From assembly GCA_036279015.1 (NCBI GenBank), contig DASUJY010000072.1:962-64961 (forward strand): a stretch of DNA of 64,000 nt. Reading direction: 5' to 3'. The stretch comes from Gaiellaceae bacterium (lineage in GTDB: Bacteria > Actinomycetota > Thermoleophilia > Gaiellales > Gaiellaceae). Positions within the stretch are counted from its first letter, which is position 1; each line of letters begins with the position of its first letter. Shown here in pieces: positions 1 through 8,828 of the stretch. The notes below the pieces were generated by a model. That model was not told the origin of the DNA. It saw only the letters and a list, made by a program, of their open reading frames with translations, and ran no database searches. The position numbers and the translations under genes are program-made.

Positions 1-348
1 AACCATGCGGATCTGAGGCTGATCGGGTTCGTCAAGGAGAAGCTCAGCGACACGACGACTGTTATCGCGGGCGAGCGCGTCCGCCGCTCGAAGACGGTGA
101 GGCTCGAGCTCAACCGCGCGGCTGACGCGGCTCGAGCAGCTGGCGTGACCGTAAGCACGTCCGTCCGCGCAGGCAACGACATGCGCGGGCAACTGCTTCG
201 GGCGGCCGAAGCGAATGGCTCGGCCGAGGTCTTCTACGTTCGCACCAGGGGACCGATCCAAGCAGCGTTCACCCACGAGCCCCGGCGGGAGGTTGTGGGC
301 ACGTCAGTCGGTACGCCTACCGATCATGAGCTCGCTGCGGCCGCCTAG
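1..348 (+). CDS. hypothetical protein, C-terminal part (5' end outside window)
   Basis: Frame 1 is open from base 1 to TAG at 346-348 and third codon positions are strongly G/C-biased. No family recognised. Confidence 0.4.
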   Translation, partial: NHADLRLIGFVKEKLSDTTTVIAGERVRRSKTVRLELNRAADAARAAGVTVSTSVRAGNDMRGQLLRAAEANGSAEVFYVRTRGPIQAAFTHEPRREVVGTSVGTPTDHELAAAA

Positions 349-367
349 TCGATTGGAGCAATGTCGC

Positions 368-1015
368 ATGACGACCTTCAGGAAGACTGCTGTCCCTCCT
401 CGTCAGGCGGATCGCGAGTACATGGACTTCCGTGGCCTCAGCCTCGCTACCGCCCCGGGACGCGTGATGACGCCGAGGCCGGCGAGCGAGAAGCTCGTCA
501 GCGTCGCCATAGCACTCGTCGGAAGTCGACCGGCCCGGGTCGTCGACGTCGGCACGGGTTCAGGCGCGATCGCGATTGCGATCGCCAGCGAGCTTCCACA
601 AGTCGAAGTGATCGCCACCGATACCAGCCCAGCTGCCGTCGCCCTCGCCCGCCTGAACGTGGCCCGGCTCGGCCTATCGAGGCGCGTCAGCGTCCGTCGT
701 GGCGACCTCCTCGAGCCGGTCTCCGGCCCGGTGGATCTGATCGTCGCCAACCTTCCGTACCTGCCGATCACGGATGCCACTCACCACGAGGAGTTGGCCA
801 ACGAGCCGACCAACGCGGTCTTCGCTCCCGGGGACGGTCTCGACCTCTACCGACGCCTCATCGCCGTGAGCCGTCGGCAACTGAGAAGTGAGGGGACGCT
901 GGCCATTCAACTCCGCCGCAACGTATTCACGGCTCGCCGAGACGAGCTCCAGACGCTTGCAACAGTGATCGGAGGCCTCATTCCATGGCAAACCTCGTCT
1001 CGCATCGCCGCATAG
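368..1015 (+). CDS. HemK/PrmC-family SAM-dependent methyltransferase paralogue (short form)
   Basis: SAM-binding motif VVDVGTGSGAIAIAIA. The catalytic tetrapeptide position reads NLPY (IVANLPYLP) rather than NPPY. ATG 368 follows a GGAG. The longer ORF from 215 would overlap the upstream CDS. Confidence 0.75.
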   Translation: MTTFRKTAVPPRQADREYMDFRGLSLATAPGRVMTPRPASEKLVSVAIALVGSRPARVVDVGTGSGAIAIAIASELPQVEVIATDTSPAAVALARLNVARLGLSRRVSVRRGDLLEPVSGPVDLIVANLPYLPITDATHHEELANEPTNAVFAPGDGLDLYRRLIAVSRRQLRSEGTLAIQLRRNVFTARRDELQTLATVIGGLIPWQTSSRIAA

Positions 1016-1088
1016 GAACCTCGATGCGCACCGCCATCGTCGCGAATCTCGCGCCTGACCGCCCCATGGCCATCGAGCTGATCTAGCC

Positions 1089-1295
1089 ATGGCCTCACCA
1101 CTTCAGCGGCTGGCAGCATGCGGGCAAAGCGTCTGGATCGACTTCCTTTCACGGGCCCTCCTGCGCTCGGGCTCGCTTGCTCGAGCGATCGAGAGCGACG
1201 GCGTTGTCGCGGTGACTTCGAACCCGACAATCTTCGCCCAAGCCCTCACGGGCGGACGGTCACTCGAGCCCGTGCTCGCGCTCTCCGACCCGATC
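1089..1295 (+). pseudogene. transaldolase, N-terminal fragment of about 65 codons
   Basis: MASPLQRLAACGQSVWIDFLSR...GVVAVTSNPTIFAQAL matches the transaldolase N-terminus (GxSxWxD and TSNPxIF). Similarity stops near 1290 and the rest of the ORF to 1679 is low-complexity Arg/Gly/Ser. A full-length enzyme would be about 370 aa. Confidence 0.6.
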
Positions 1296-1306
1296 GGCGT
1301 GTCCGC

Positions 1307-1504
1307 TCAGCCTTCGGGGGACGGGTGGCGCGGCGGCCCCGGAGGCGGACAGCTCTTGCAGCCGAAGCCGTTCGTCTCGATCTGGAGGCACATCAACTCC
1401 TGGTCGGTGAGCGCGCCTCCGAGAATCTGCTTGAGCCTGATCGCGTCCATCCGGCTAGCCGTGCCCGCGGCGTCCAAGTCCGGTTCGTACGCTGGGATTC
1501 CCAT
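1307..1504 (-). pseudogene. 65-codon ORF, possibly an AhpD/carboxymuconolactone-decarboxylase-like fragment
   Basis: ALTDQELMCLQIETNGFGCKSC resembles the CMD/AhpD core (L-x-ELI-x-L-x5-N-x-C-x2-C). The ORF ends in a Pro-rich tail without the downstream His. GAGGA lies only 2 nt before the ATG. It abuts the transaldolase fragment. Confidence 0.25.
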
Positions 1505-1609
1505 GGTCCTCGTCTGGATCGGCCGGAAAAGACTTCTTCTAGAGGTCGCCGCTGATCGTCGCAGCCGGGCCGGACGTCGTCGTCTCCCGAAGCGCAGTGC
1601 TAGGGTGGT

Positions 1610-2569
1610 TTGCGGTGGTTCGCGCTCGCCCCACGAGCGCCAGCGGGGTGGCGCGCGCGGCTCGGGGGAGGGAGCGTAATCAGCACGCCGCCGGATCTTG
1701 GACGCAGGTTGGTCGCCGAGGCGATCGGCACAGCCCTGCTGGTCATCTTCGGCGCCGGAGCCGTGATTGCCGCGTTGAAGACCGGCAGCGGCAACCTCGA
1801 CTACGCCGGGCTCGGCATCGTCGGCATCTCGTTCGCCCTGGTGATCGCGATCGTGGTGTATGCGTTCGGAAGCACGTCAGGTGCGCACATCAACCCGGCG
1901 GTCACCGTCTCGCTCGCGGTCACGCGCCGCTTCCCATGGGCCGAGACGATCCCGTACATCGTCGCCCAGCTGGTCGGCGCGCTCGGCGGCGGTGTCCTGC
2001 TGATTGCCATCTTCGGCAAGGACGCGGTCGACCTCAACGCCACGGGCGGGACGCTGATCGGCGCGGGGTTCACGCAGACGCAGGCGGCCGTGGCCGAGGG
2101 GCTCGGCACCTTCCTGCTGGTGGCGACGATCATGGCGCTGGCCGTCGACCGCCGCGCGCCGGCCGGTTTCGCCGGTCTCGTCATCGGGCTCGCGGTCGGG
2201 TGCGAGATCATGGTCATCGGCCCCATCAGCGGCGGCTCCGTCAACCCCGCCCGGACGTTCGGCCCCTACTTGACGACGTCGATCTTCGGCGGCTCGGCGA
2301 CCTGGGATGACTTCTGGGTCTACGTGGTCGGCCCGCTGGTCGGGGGCGCGATCGCGGCCGTCGTCTACGAGCTCGTGGCGCGGCCCGGGCGGGAGGAGGC
2401 TCCGGCCGCGCAGGGGGCGGCGGGCACCGTGGAGGGCCGGCGAGCGGCCCCCGGCGAGGCGCTGCCGGTTGGCGGGCCGGAAGACAGTCCTCGACAGGGC
2501 GGTTTCCAGGGTACCGCCGGTGACATCGAGGGAAGGCGTGAAAGAGACCCGGACCAAACGAGGGACTGA
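1610..2569 (+). CDS. MIP-family channel (aquaporin/glycerol-facilitator-like) with a long charged C-terminal tail
   Basis: Two NPA boxes (HINPAVT, SVNPART) and six hydrophobic segments. The start is uncertain: candidates are TTG 1610, ATC 1679 behind a strong SD, or TTG 1709. About 70 residues follow the last TM helix. Confidence 0.9.
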   Translation: MRWFALAPRAPAGWRARLGGGSVISTPPDLGRRLVAEAIGTALLVIFGAGAVIAALKTGSGNLDYAGLGIVGISFALVIAIVVYAFGSTSGAHINPAVTVSLAVTRRFPWAETIPYIVAQLVGALGGGVLLIAIFGKDAVDLNATGGTLIGAGFTQTQAAVAEGLGTFLLVATIMALAVDRRAPAGFAGLVIGLAVGCEIMVIGPISGGSVNPARTFGPYLTTSIFGGSATWDDFWVYVVGPLVGGAIAAVVYELVARPGREEAPAAQGAAGTVEGRRAAPGEALPVGGPEDSPRQGGFQGTAGDIEGRRERDPDQTRD

Positions 2570-2587
2570 GGAAAGGAGCCGTTAGAT

Positions 2588-3823
2588 ATGGCTGGTAACA
2601 AGGCAGTCGCATACATCGAGCCGGGAAAGGTCGAGGTGCAGACGATCGACTATCCCAAGCTCGAGCTGCAGGACGGTCCCGGCGTCCACCCGGACAACGT
2701 GGGCCGCAAGACGCCGCACGGCGCGATCATCAAGATCGTGGCCACGAACATCTGCGGCTCCGACCAGCACATGGTCCGCGGCCGCACGACCGCGCCCTCC
2801 GGGCTGATCCTCGGGCACGAGATCACCGGCGAGGTGATCGAGGCGGGTCCCGGGGTCGAGTTCATCAAGAAGGGCGACCTCGTCTCCGTGCCGTTCAACA
2901 TCGCCTGCGGGCGCTGTCGCATGTGCAAGGAGGGCCACACCGGCGTGTGCCTCAACGTCAACCCGGCCGGCTACGGCTCGGCCTACGGGTACGTGGACAT
3001 GGGCGGTTGGGTGGGCGGCCAGGCGGAGTACGTCATGGTGCCGTACGCCGACTGGAACCTGCTCAAGTTTCCCGACAAGGAGCAGGCGCTCGAGAAGATC
3101 CTCGACCTGACGATGCTCTCGGACATCTTCCCGACCGGCTATCACGGCTGCGTGTCGGCCGGCGTCACCACCGGCTCGACCGTCTACATCGCCGGCGCCG
3201 GCCCGGTCGGGCTCGCAGCGGCGCACGCCGCCCAGCTCTTGGGCGCGGCCGTCGTGATCGTCGGCGACATGAACGCCGACCGCCTCAAGCAGGCGAAGAG
3301 CTTCGGCTGCGAGACCATCGATCTGACCAGGGACGCGCCGCTGCCCGACCAGATCGAGCAGATCGTCGGAGAGCCGCTGGTGGACGCCGCCGTCGACGCC
3401 GTGGGCTTCGAGGCGCGCGGCCACGGCAAGGATGCCGAGGAAGCGCCGGCGACGGTCCTCAACTCGATCATGCAGGTCACCCGCCAGGCCGGCAAGCTCG
3501 GCATCCCAGGCCTGTACGTGACAGGCGATCCCGGGGCTGCAGACGAGGCCGCCAAGGAGGGCAGCCTCTCGATCCGGATCGGGCTCGGCTGGGCGAAGTC
3601 GCACTCCTTCACGACCGGCCAGTGCCCGGTGATGCGCTACCACCGCCAGCTGATGAACGCGATCCTGAACGACCGCTGTCAGATCGCAAAGGCGGTCAAC
3701 GCCACCGTGATCTCGCTCGATGACGCACCGGGCGGGTACAAGGACTTCGACGGCGGAGTCGCCAAGAAGTTCGTGCTCGACCCGCACGACATGCTCGGGG
3801 ACAAGAAGAGAATCGCCGCGTAA
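2588..3823 (+). CDS. fdhA: glutathione-independent formaldehyde dehydrogenase (Zn-dependent MDR family)
   Basis: Near full-length resemblance to the Pseudomonas putida type enzyme (VATNICGSDQHMVRGRTTA, GHEITGEV, NIACGRCRMCKEGHTGVC, GGWVGGQAEY, GFEARGHG). AAAGGAG lies upstream of the ATG. Confidence 0.93.
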   Translation: MAGNKAVAYIEPGKVEVQTIDYPKLELQDGPGVHPDNVGRKTPHGAIIKIVATNICGSDQHMVRGRTTAPSGLILGHEITGEVIEAGPGVEFIKKGDLVSVPFNIACGRCRMCKEGHTGVCLNVNPAGYGSAYGYVDMGGWVGGQAEYVMVPYADWNLLKFPDKEQALEKILDLTMLSDIFPTGYHGCVSAGVTTGSTVYIAGAGPVGLAAAHAAQLLGAAVVIVGDMNADRLKQAKSFGCETIDLTRDAPLPDQIEQIVGEPLVDAAVDAVGFEARGHGKDAEEAPATVLNSIMQVTRQAGKLGIPGLYVTGDPGAADEAAKEGSLSIRIGLGWAKSHSFTTGQCPVMRYHRQLMNAILNDRCQIAKAVNATVISLDDAPGGYKDFDGGVAKKFVLDPHDMLGDKKRIAA

Positions 3824-3832
3824 GGCGAGTCG

Positions 3833-3876
3833 GGGGGAGCCCGAGGCCTCAAGGTCTCGGGGCCTCGTGCTCCCCC
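3833..3876 (+). terminator. GC-rich hairpin downstream of fdhA
   Basis: GGGGGAGC(C)CGAGGCC ... GGCCTCG(T)GCTCCCCC, about 15 bp of stem, starting 10 nt after the TAA. There is no clear T-tract. Confidence 0.55.
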
Positions 3877-4015
3877 TTCGACACTGGCATCGATTCCGCG
3901 CGTATTTCGCGCCTAGATCGAATTACGCAGCTGTCCGTCAACGTGACCGGCAAGCGGCTCGCGGGCCAACACCTCACACGCTATACCTCGTACACCACAC
4001 AGCGAAGGAGGCCCT

Positions 4016-5050
4016 ATGCGAGAGAACGCGCCCGCCGCGGTCCCGGACTTCGAAGCGCTACGCCACTGCTGGCATCCGGTTCGTTTCGCCGAGGATCTCG
4101 GCGCCGAGCCGAAGCGCGCGCGCCTGCTGGGCGAGGACCTCGTTCTCTGGCGGGACTCGGCCGGGACGGCGCACGTGCTTCGGGATCTGTGCATCCACCG
4201 CGGCACCGCTCTCTCACTGGGCCGCGTCATCGGGGACGAGATCATGTGCCCATACCACGGCTGGCGGTACGGAACGGACGGCGTCTGCACCGCGATTCCG
4301 CAGCTCGCCGACCCCACGCGCGTTCCGGCCAAGGCTCGCGTGGACGCCTTCCGCTGCCTCGAACGTCACGGCATGCTCTGGGTCGCGTTCGAGGACCCGC
4401 GCTGGGAGCTCGCGGAGGTACCAGAGCTCGAGTCGTCGGAGTGGACGCTCGTGCGGGCCGGCCCCTACTCCTGGAACTCGGACTCGTCTCGTCAGCTCGA
4501 GAACTTCACCGACTTCGGACACTTCCCGTGGGTTCATCCCGGTCTGCTCGGGGATCCGGAGCGCCCGGTCGTGCCCTCGCACACGGTTCGAACCGAAGGG
4601 CACATTCTCCACTACGAGATCGTGCGGCCGGAGGCGCCGAACACCGAGGACTATCCGGTCTTCAGCAACGAGGAGACGCAGACGCCCGAGCGTCGCAGCC
4701 GGTATCAGCTCCACCTGCCGTACACGATCGTCCTGCGGCTCGGCTGGGGCGGCGAGGCGGGCATGGTCTACTTCTTCTCGTCCCAGCCCGTCGACGAGGA
4801 CCGGTGCATCGGCTACGTAACCATCGCGCGGAACTACGACCACGATCAGCCGGCGAAGGTGCTGCAGGACTTCGAGGACACGATCTTCAACCAGGACAAG
4901 CTCGTGGTCGAGTCACAGCGACCGGAACGGGTGCCGTTCGATCTCGCAGACGAGCTGCATTTGAAGTTCGACGCCGTGGCGGTTGCCTACAGGAGGGCGA
5001 TGCGTGAACAGGGGCTTGCCACGAGCACACGTCGCTCGGCCGCGGCGTGA
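4016..5050 (+). CDS. Rieske [2Fe-2S] non-heme-iron oxygenase, VanA/phthalate-family alpha subunit (possible demethylase)
   Basis: Rieske ligands CIHRG ... CPYHGWRY. N-terminal WHPV and a C-terminal catalytic region are typical of vanillate-demethylase-like oxygenases. GAAGGAGG lies 5 nt before the ATG. Confidence 0.85.
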   Translation: MRENAPAAVPDFEALRHCWHPVRFAEDLGAEPKRARLLGEDLVLWRDSAGTAHVLRDLCIHRGTALSLGRVIGDEIMCPYHGWRYGTDGVCTAIPQLADPTRVPAKARVDAFRCLERHGMLWVAFEDPRWELAEVPELESSEWTLVRAGPYSWNSDSSRQLENFTDFGHFPWVHPGLLGDPERPVVPSHTVRTEGHILHYEIVRPEAPNTEDYPVFSNEETQTPERRSRYQLHLPYTIVLRLGWGGEAGMVYFFSSQPVDEDRCIGYVTIARNYDHDQPAKVLQDFEDTIFNQDKLVVESQRPERVPFDLADELHLKFDAVAVAYRRAMREQGLATSTRRSAAA

Positions 5051-5197
5051 ACGTTGCTGGCGTCGCTCGACACGAGATTCGAGTCGCAAGCATCCGCGAG
5101 CGGGCCGTGCGGGTGATCCGGACCGCGATCGTCTAGCGGAAGGTCGCGCCAGGGGAGATCTACTCTGCGATGATCCATACTTGGCGTGAAACCCGAG

Positions 5198-5231
5198 GTG
5201 GAGGCGGCGGGAATCGAACCCGCGTCCGCGG
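5198..5231 (-). repeat. 34-nt exact copy of the ssrA 3' end (att-like direct repeat, distal copy)
   Basis: GTGGAGGCGGCGGGAATCGAACCCGCGTCCGCGG is identical to 17508-17541 in the same orientation. Similarity ends abruptly on both sides. Confidence 0.9.
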
Positions 5232-5651
5232 CCCGGCGGCTTCTGACGCCGCCACGCCATTGTCAACCGGCCCGACGGAGACCAGGCGCACGTGACTCGA
5301 GCAGAGGTAGGACGGGGGCGCCCTAGCGAACATGAATCTCGCCAGCGACCCGCGGTTCGACTCAGTCGTCTTTCGCTGTCCGGCTGGCGAGAATTGGCCG
5401 GTGGCGAGCCGCCTCGAAGGTAAGTGGCTGACCTCAGGCTCGAGTTCGACCTTCCTTCTCGCCTGGAGCAGGAACGGATCACCCTCCTCCACCGTGGCGA
5501 GCTCGCGGTCAGACCGCTCGGCAGGCCTGTTTACAGGCCGCCACTAGGCCTGCCGTCGATCGACGAGGGGGCCGTTGGGGCTCTCACAATTCCCCACGGC
5601 GAGCCGTTCGCTGTGCGGCCATTCCATCCGACGTCGTGAAAAGAGAACGGT

Positions 5652-6797
5652 CTATCGGAGGGCAGGACGGCCGTTCAGGCTCGTCCAGCCTCGTGCGTCG
5701 ATCTCCCAGACGTCGGCCACCACGCCGTTCTCGGTGAGGTTGATGCGGTCGTGGAGGTTGAGGCAGGTGCAGGCGTGGTTGGGGATGATCCGGATGCGCG
5801 TGCCAATCGGGATGTCGCACGGCTCTGCCGAGGTGACGATTGCGTGCTCCTCGTAGAGTTGGTGGATGTTGAGCTCCGGATGGCCAACGACGGTCCCGTA
5901 CCCCCCGGTCTTAGAGGTGAGCCGGTCGGAGGAGAGCGATTTCGAGCCCGTGTCAGCGATGAGCCGTCGCGGATCGGGGCGTGAGACGACGGTGCCGAGG
6001 ACGCTGAGGGCGCAGCGCGCGAGCGGTACGAGGCCCAGTGCGACCTGGGTGGCATCGTAGAAGACGTAGTTGCCCGGTCGCGCTTCGCTGATCGGCCCTT
6101 CGGCGTCGAGGTTGTGCGTGGTCGGGGTTGTGCCGACGCTGGTCGCACGAGCCTCGACGCCGAGCTCGGCCAGCATCATCTGGACGGTTCGGACTGCGGA
6201 GCCCTCGTCTGCCGCCGCGGCCCGGATGCCCTCTGCGTCTGGGGCCGCGTAGGCGAACCCGGCGAAGGCCATGAGACCGTCGAAGCGGGCATGACGGGTG
6301 GACTCGGCGACTCGGGCGATCGTCTCTGCCGTCGGCGGCTCGGGGAGGCTGCCGCAGCGGGCGGTTCCGCATTCGATCTCCCATAGGTAGGCGATCTCGA
6401 CGCCGGCTTGGCGGCAGGCGTCGTCGAGGGCGCAGGCGACGCTTTCGTCGTCCAGGGCGACGCGCAGGCGGGTCGTTGCCGCGAGCTGGGTGAGGCGGCG
6501 CAGTCTCCACTCGCCGACAGGGGGGTATGCGATCAGGATGTCGTGGAAGCCGGCTCGCGCGAGCGCCTCGGCCTCGGTGATCGTCGCGACGGTCAGCCCG
6601 CGGGCACCGTGCTCGACTTGCAGGCCCGCGATCGCGGTCGACTTGTGCGTTTTCGTGTGCGGCCAGAGTTCGACCCCGGCCCGGTCGGTTCGGGCGGCCA
6701 TTGAGCCGACGTTTTCGAGCAAGATCGGACCGTCAACGAGCAGCGCCGGTGTCTCGAGGGCGCCGAGCTCATTGGCAAGGGAGTCGTTAGCGTTCAT
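5652..6797 (-). CDS. D-serine dehydratase-like / D-threonine aldolase-like PLP enzyme (alanine racemase N-terminal fold, DSD1 family)
   Basis: ETPALLVD...WPHTKTHKS (PLP lysine context)...GLTVATITEAE...ILIAYP. ATG 6797 overlaps the upstream stop by 11 nt. The 104-codon extension in the ORF track is a read-through artefact. Confidence 0.8.
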   Translation of the reverse strand: MNANDSLANELGALETPALLVDGPILLENVGSMAARTDRAGVELWPHTKTHKSTAIAGLQVEHGARGLTVATITEAEALARAGFHDILIAYPPVGEWRLRRLTQLAATTRLRVALDDESVACALDDACRQAGVEIAYLWEIECGTARCGSLPEPPTAETIARVAESTRHARFDGLMAFAGFAYAAPDAEGIRAAAADEGSAVRTVQMMLAELGVEARATSVGTTPTTHNLDAEGPISEARPGNYVFYDATQVALGLVPLARCALSVLGTVVSRPDPRRLIADTGSKSLSSDRLTSKTGGYGTVVGHPELNIHQLYEEHAIVTSAEPCDIPIGTRIRIIPNHACTCLNLHDRINLTENGVVADVWEIDARGWTSLNGRPALR

Positions 6798-7791
6798 GGT
6801 CGAAGGGGCGGACGTGGCAGGCAGCGTGGTGTCCTTCCGTGATGGAGAGCAGGGGCGGGTCTTCGCGCTGGCAGCGCTCTTCCGCGTAATCGCAGCGGGT
6901 GCGGAAGCGACAGCCGCTCGGGATCCGAAGCGGTGACGGCATGTCGCCGGCGGTCGCACTTCGAGTCCGGACGACCGTCGGATCGGGCACCGGGGCGGCG
7001 GCGAGGAGCGCTTTCGTGTATGGGTGCTGGGGGTCCTGGAAGACCTGGTCGGTTGAACCGGTCTCGACGATGCGGCCCAGGTACATGATCGCGACCCGGT
7101 CGGCGACATGGCGGACGACGGCGAGCTGGTGGGCGATGAAGATCATCCCGAGCCCGAGTCGCTCGAGGAGGTCGTCGAGGAGGTTGAGGATCTGCGCCTG
7201 GATCGAGACGTCGAGCGCGCTGACCGGCTCATCGGCGATCAGGAACTCGGGCTGGACTGAGAGCGCCCGGGCGATCGCGACCCGCTGGCGCTGTCCGCCG
7301 GAGAGCTGGCGCGGATAGCGGTCAGCCGAAGAGGCGGGAAGACCGACGAGGTCGAGCAACTCGGCAACGTGGTCCTTCGCCCGGTTCCGGGGTATGACGT
7401 GGTGTACGAGCGCCGGCTCGGCGATCGCCGTACCGACCTTCATGCGCGGGTTGAGCGACGAGTAGGGGTCCTGGAAGACCATTTGCATGCGTCGTCGCAC
7501 GGACTGGAGGTCGCCTCGGCTGGCGCCGACGAGCTCCTGGCCGGAGAAGCGGATCGAGCCCGAGTCGGGTTCGATCAGGCGCAGGATCGAGCGGGCGAGC
7601 GTCGTTTTCCCGCTTCCCGATTCGCCCACGAGGCCGAGTCGCTCGCCCTTGCCGACGGTGAGCGAGACACCGTCCACCGCGACGGCACGGAGGCCGGGGC
7701 GCCGGCGCACGCTGTCGGCGAGCGGCCGGCGGGCGGCAAACGTCTTGCGTACGTCCGAGACCTCCAGGAGCGGCGTCCGGTCGGCGCTCAC
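6787..7791 (-). CDS. peptide ABC transporter ATP-binding protein (DppF/OppF type)
   Basis: Walker A GESGSGKTT, signature LSGGQRQR, Walker B LIADEP, and a C-terminal oligopeptide-type extension with CxxxxC. The GTG start forms a GTGA overlap with the upstream stop. Confidence 0.9.
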   Translation of the reverse strand: MSADRTPLLEVSDVRKTFAARRPLADSVRRRPGLRAVAVDGVSLTVGKGERLGLVGESGSGKTTLARSILRLIEPDSGSIRFSGQELVGASRGDLQSVRRRMQMVFQDPYSSLNPRMKVGTAIAEPALVHHVIPRNRAKDHVAELLDLVGLPASSADRYPRQLSGGQRQRVAIARALSVQPEFLIADEPVSALDVSIQAQILNLLDDLLERLGLGMIFIAHQLAVVRHVADRVAIMYLGRIVETGSTDQVFQDPQHPYTKALLAAAPVPDPTVVRTRSATAGDMPSPLRIPSGCRFRTRCDYAEERCQREDPPLLSITEGHHAACHVRPFDHER

Positions 7792-8828
7792 AGTCCGACC
7801 TCGGCGTGGAAGGGACACGCGGTCACGTGGCCGTGGCCGACGTCCTCGAGCGCCATGGAGACTTCTGTCTCGCATTGCTCACGGGCGTAGGGACAACGCG
7901 GTGCGAAGGGGCAGCCGGGCGGAAGCGCTGCCAGATCGGGCGGCTGACCTTTCACCGGGATGAGGCGCCGGTCACCCCGCTGGACGGCCAGTTCGGGGAG
8001 TGCGTTCAGGAGTGCGACGGTGTAGGGGTGCTGTGGTCGGTGGAAGAGCGCAGGCGTCGCTGCTTGCTCGACGACGTAGCCGGCGTACATGACGGTGACG
8101 CGGCTGCTCGCCTGGGCGATCACGCCGAGGTCGTGCGAGACGAGGACGATCGCCATTCCTTCCTCGCCCTGTAGCTCCCGCAGAAGGGTGAGGATCTGGT
8201 CCTGGATCGTGACGTCGAGCGCCGTCGTGGGCTCGTCTGCGAGCAGCAGCTTGGGCTTGCAGCTGATCGCGATCGCGATCATGACCCGTTGGCGCATCCC
8301 GCCTGAGAACTCGTGCGGGTAGGCCTCGAGGCGCTCCGCCGCCGACGGGATGCCGACCCGGTCGAGCAGCGAGACGGCCTCCATTCGCGCCTGCCGCCGG
8401 GTCAGCTTGCGATGGATGCGCAGCGGCTCGGCGATCTGGTCGCCGACCGTATAGACCGGGTTGAGGCTCGACATCGGGTCCTGGAAGATCATCGAGATCT
8501 CGCTGCCGCGGACACGGCGAAGCTCCCGCCCGTTCAGCCCGAGCAGATCGCGGCCTCCGAAGACGACCGAGCCGGCGATGATCTCGCCTGGATGCGGGAC
8601 GAGACGCAAGATCGAGCGGCAGGTGACGCTCTTGCCGGAGCCGGACTCGCCGACGAGGCCGAGCGTCTCGCCGGTGTAGACGTCGAAGGAGACGCCGTTC
8701 GCGGCCGCGACCACGCCGTCCCGGGCAGGGAAGACGGTGACGAGGTCGCGTACGGAGAGGAGCGGCTCCTCGCCGTGTCGGCCAGCGCCCGACAGCGCTT
8801 CGGTGGACGGATGAAGCGCTTCCGTCAG
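7788..8828 (-). CDS. peptide ABC transporter ATP-binding protein (DppD/OppD type); start codon unresolved
   Basis: [28 protein letters not shown]. There is no ATG/GTG/TTG between the upstream stop and the conserved N-terminal strand. CTG 8828-8826 (CTGA overlap) follows AAGGGGA at 7 nt. Confidence 0.85.
   Translation of the reverse strand: MTEALHPSTEALSGAGRHGEEPLLSVRDLVTVFPARDGVVAAANGVSFDVYTGETLGLVGESGSGKSVTCRSILRLVPHPGEIIAGSVVFGGRDLLGLNGRELRRVRGSEISMIFQDPMSSLNPVYTVGDQIAEPLRIHRKLTRRQARMEAVSLLDRVGIPSAAERLEAYPHEFSGGMRQRVMIAIAISCKPKLLLADEPTTALDVTIQDQILTLLRELQGEEGMAIVLVSHDLGVIAQASSRVTVMYAGYVVEQAATPALFHRPQHPYTVALLNALPELAVQRGDRRLIPVKGQPPDLAALPPGCPFAPRCPYAREQCETEVSMALEDVGHGHVTACPFHAEVGL

Noticed and set aside
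1089-1679. The 196-aa ORF taken at face value as a complete gene
   Set aside because: Only the first 65 or so residues resemble any protein (transaldolase). The remainder is Arg/Gly/Ser-rich with no coding-like bias and overlaps the convergent mini-ORF.
5198-5600. A possible second complete tmRNA gene, because the ssrA 3' end recurs here
   Set aside because: Identity to the real tmRNA stops after 34 nt. No upstream GGGGGCG/GGAGGCG partner for the acceptor stem is present, there is no ...ALAA-stop tag frame, and the body shows no similarity to 17542-17866. It is better explained as an att-type partial duplication.
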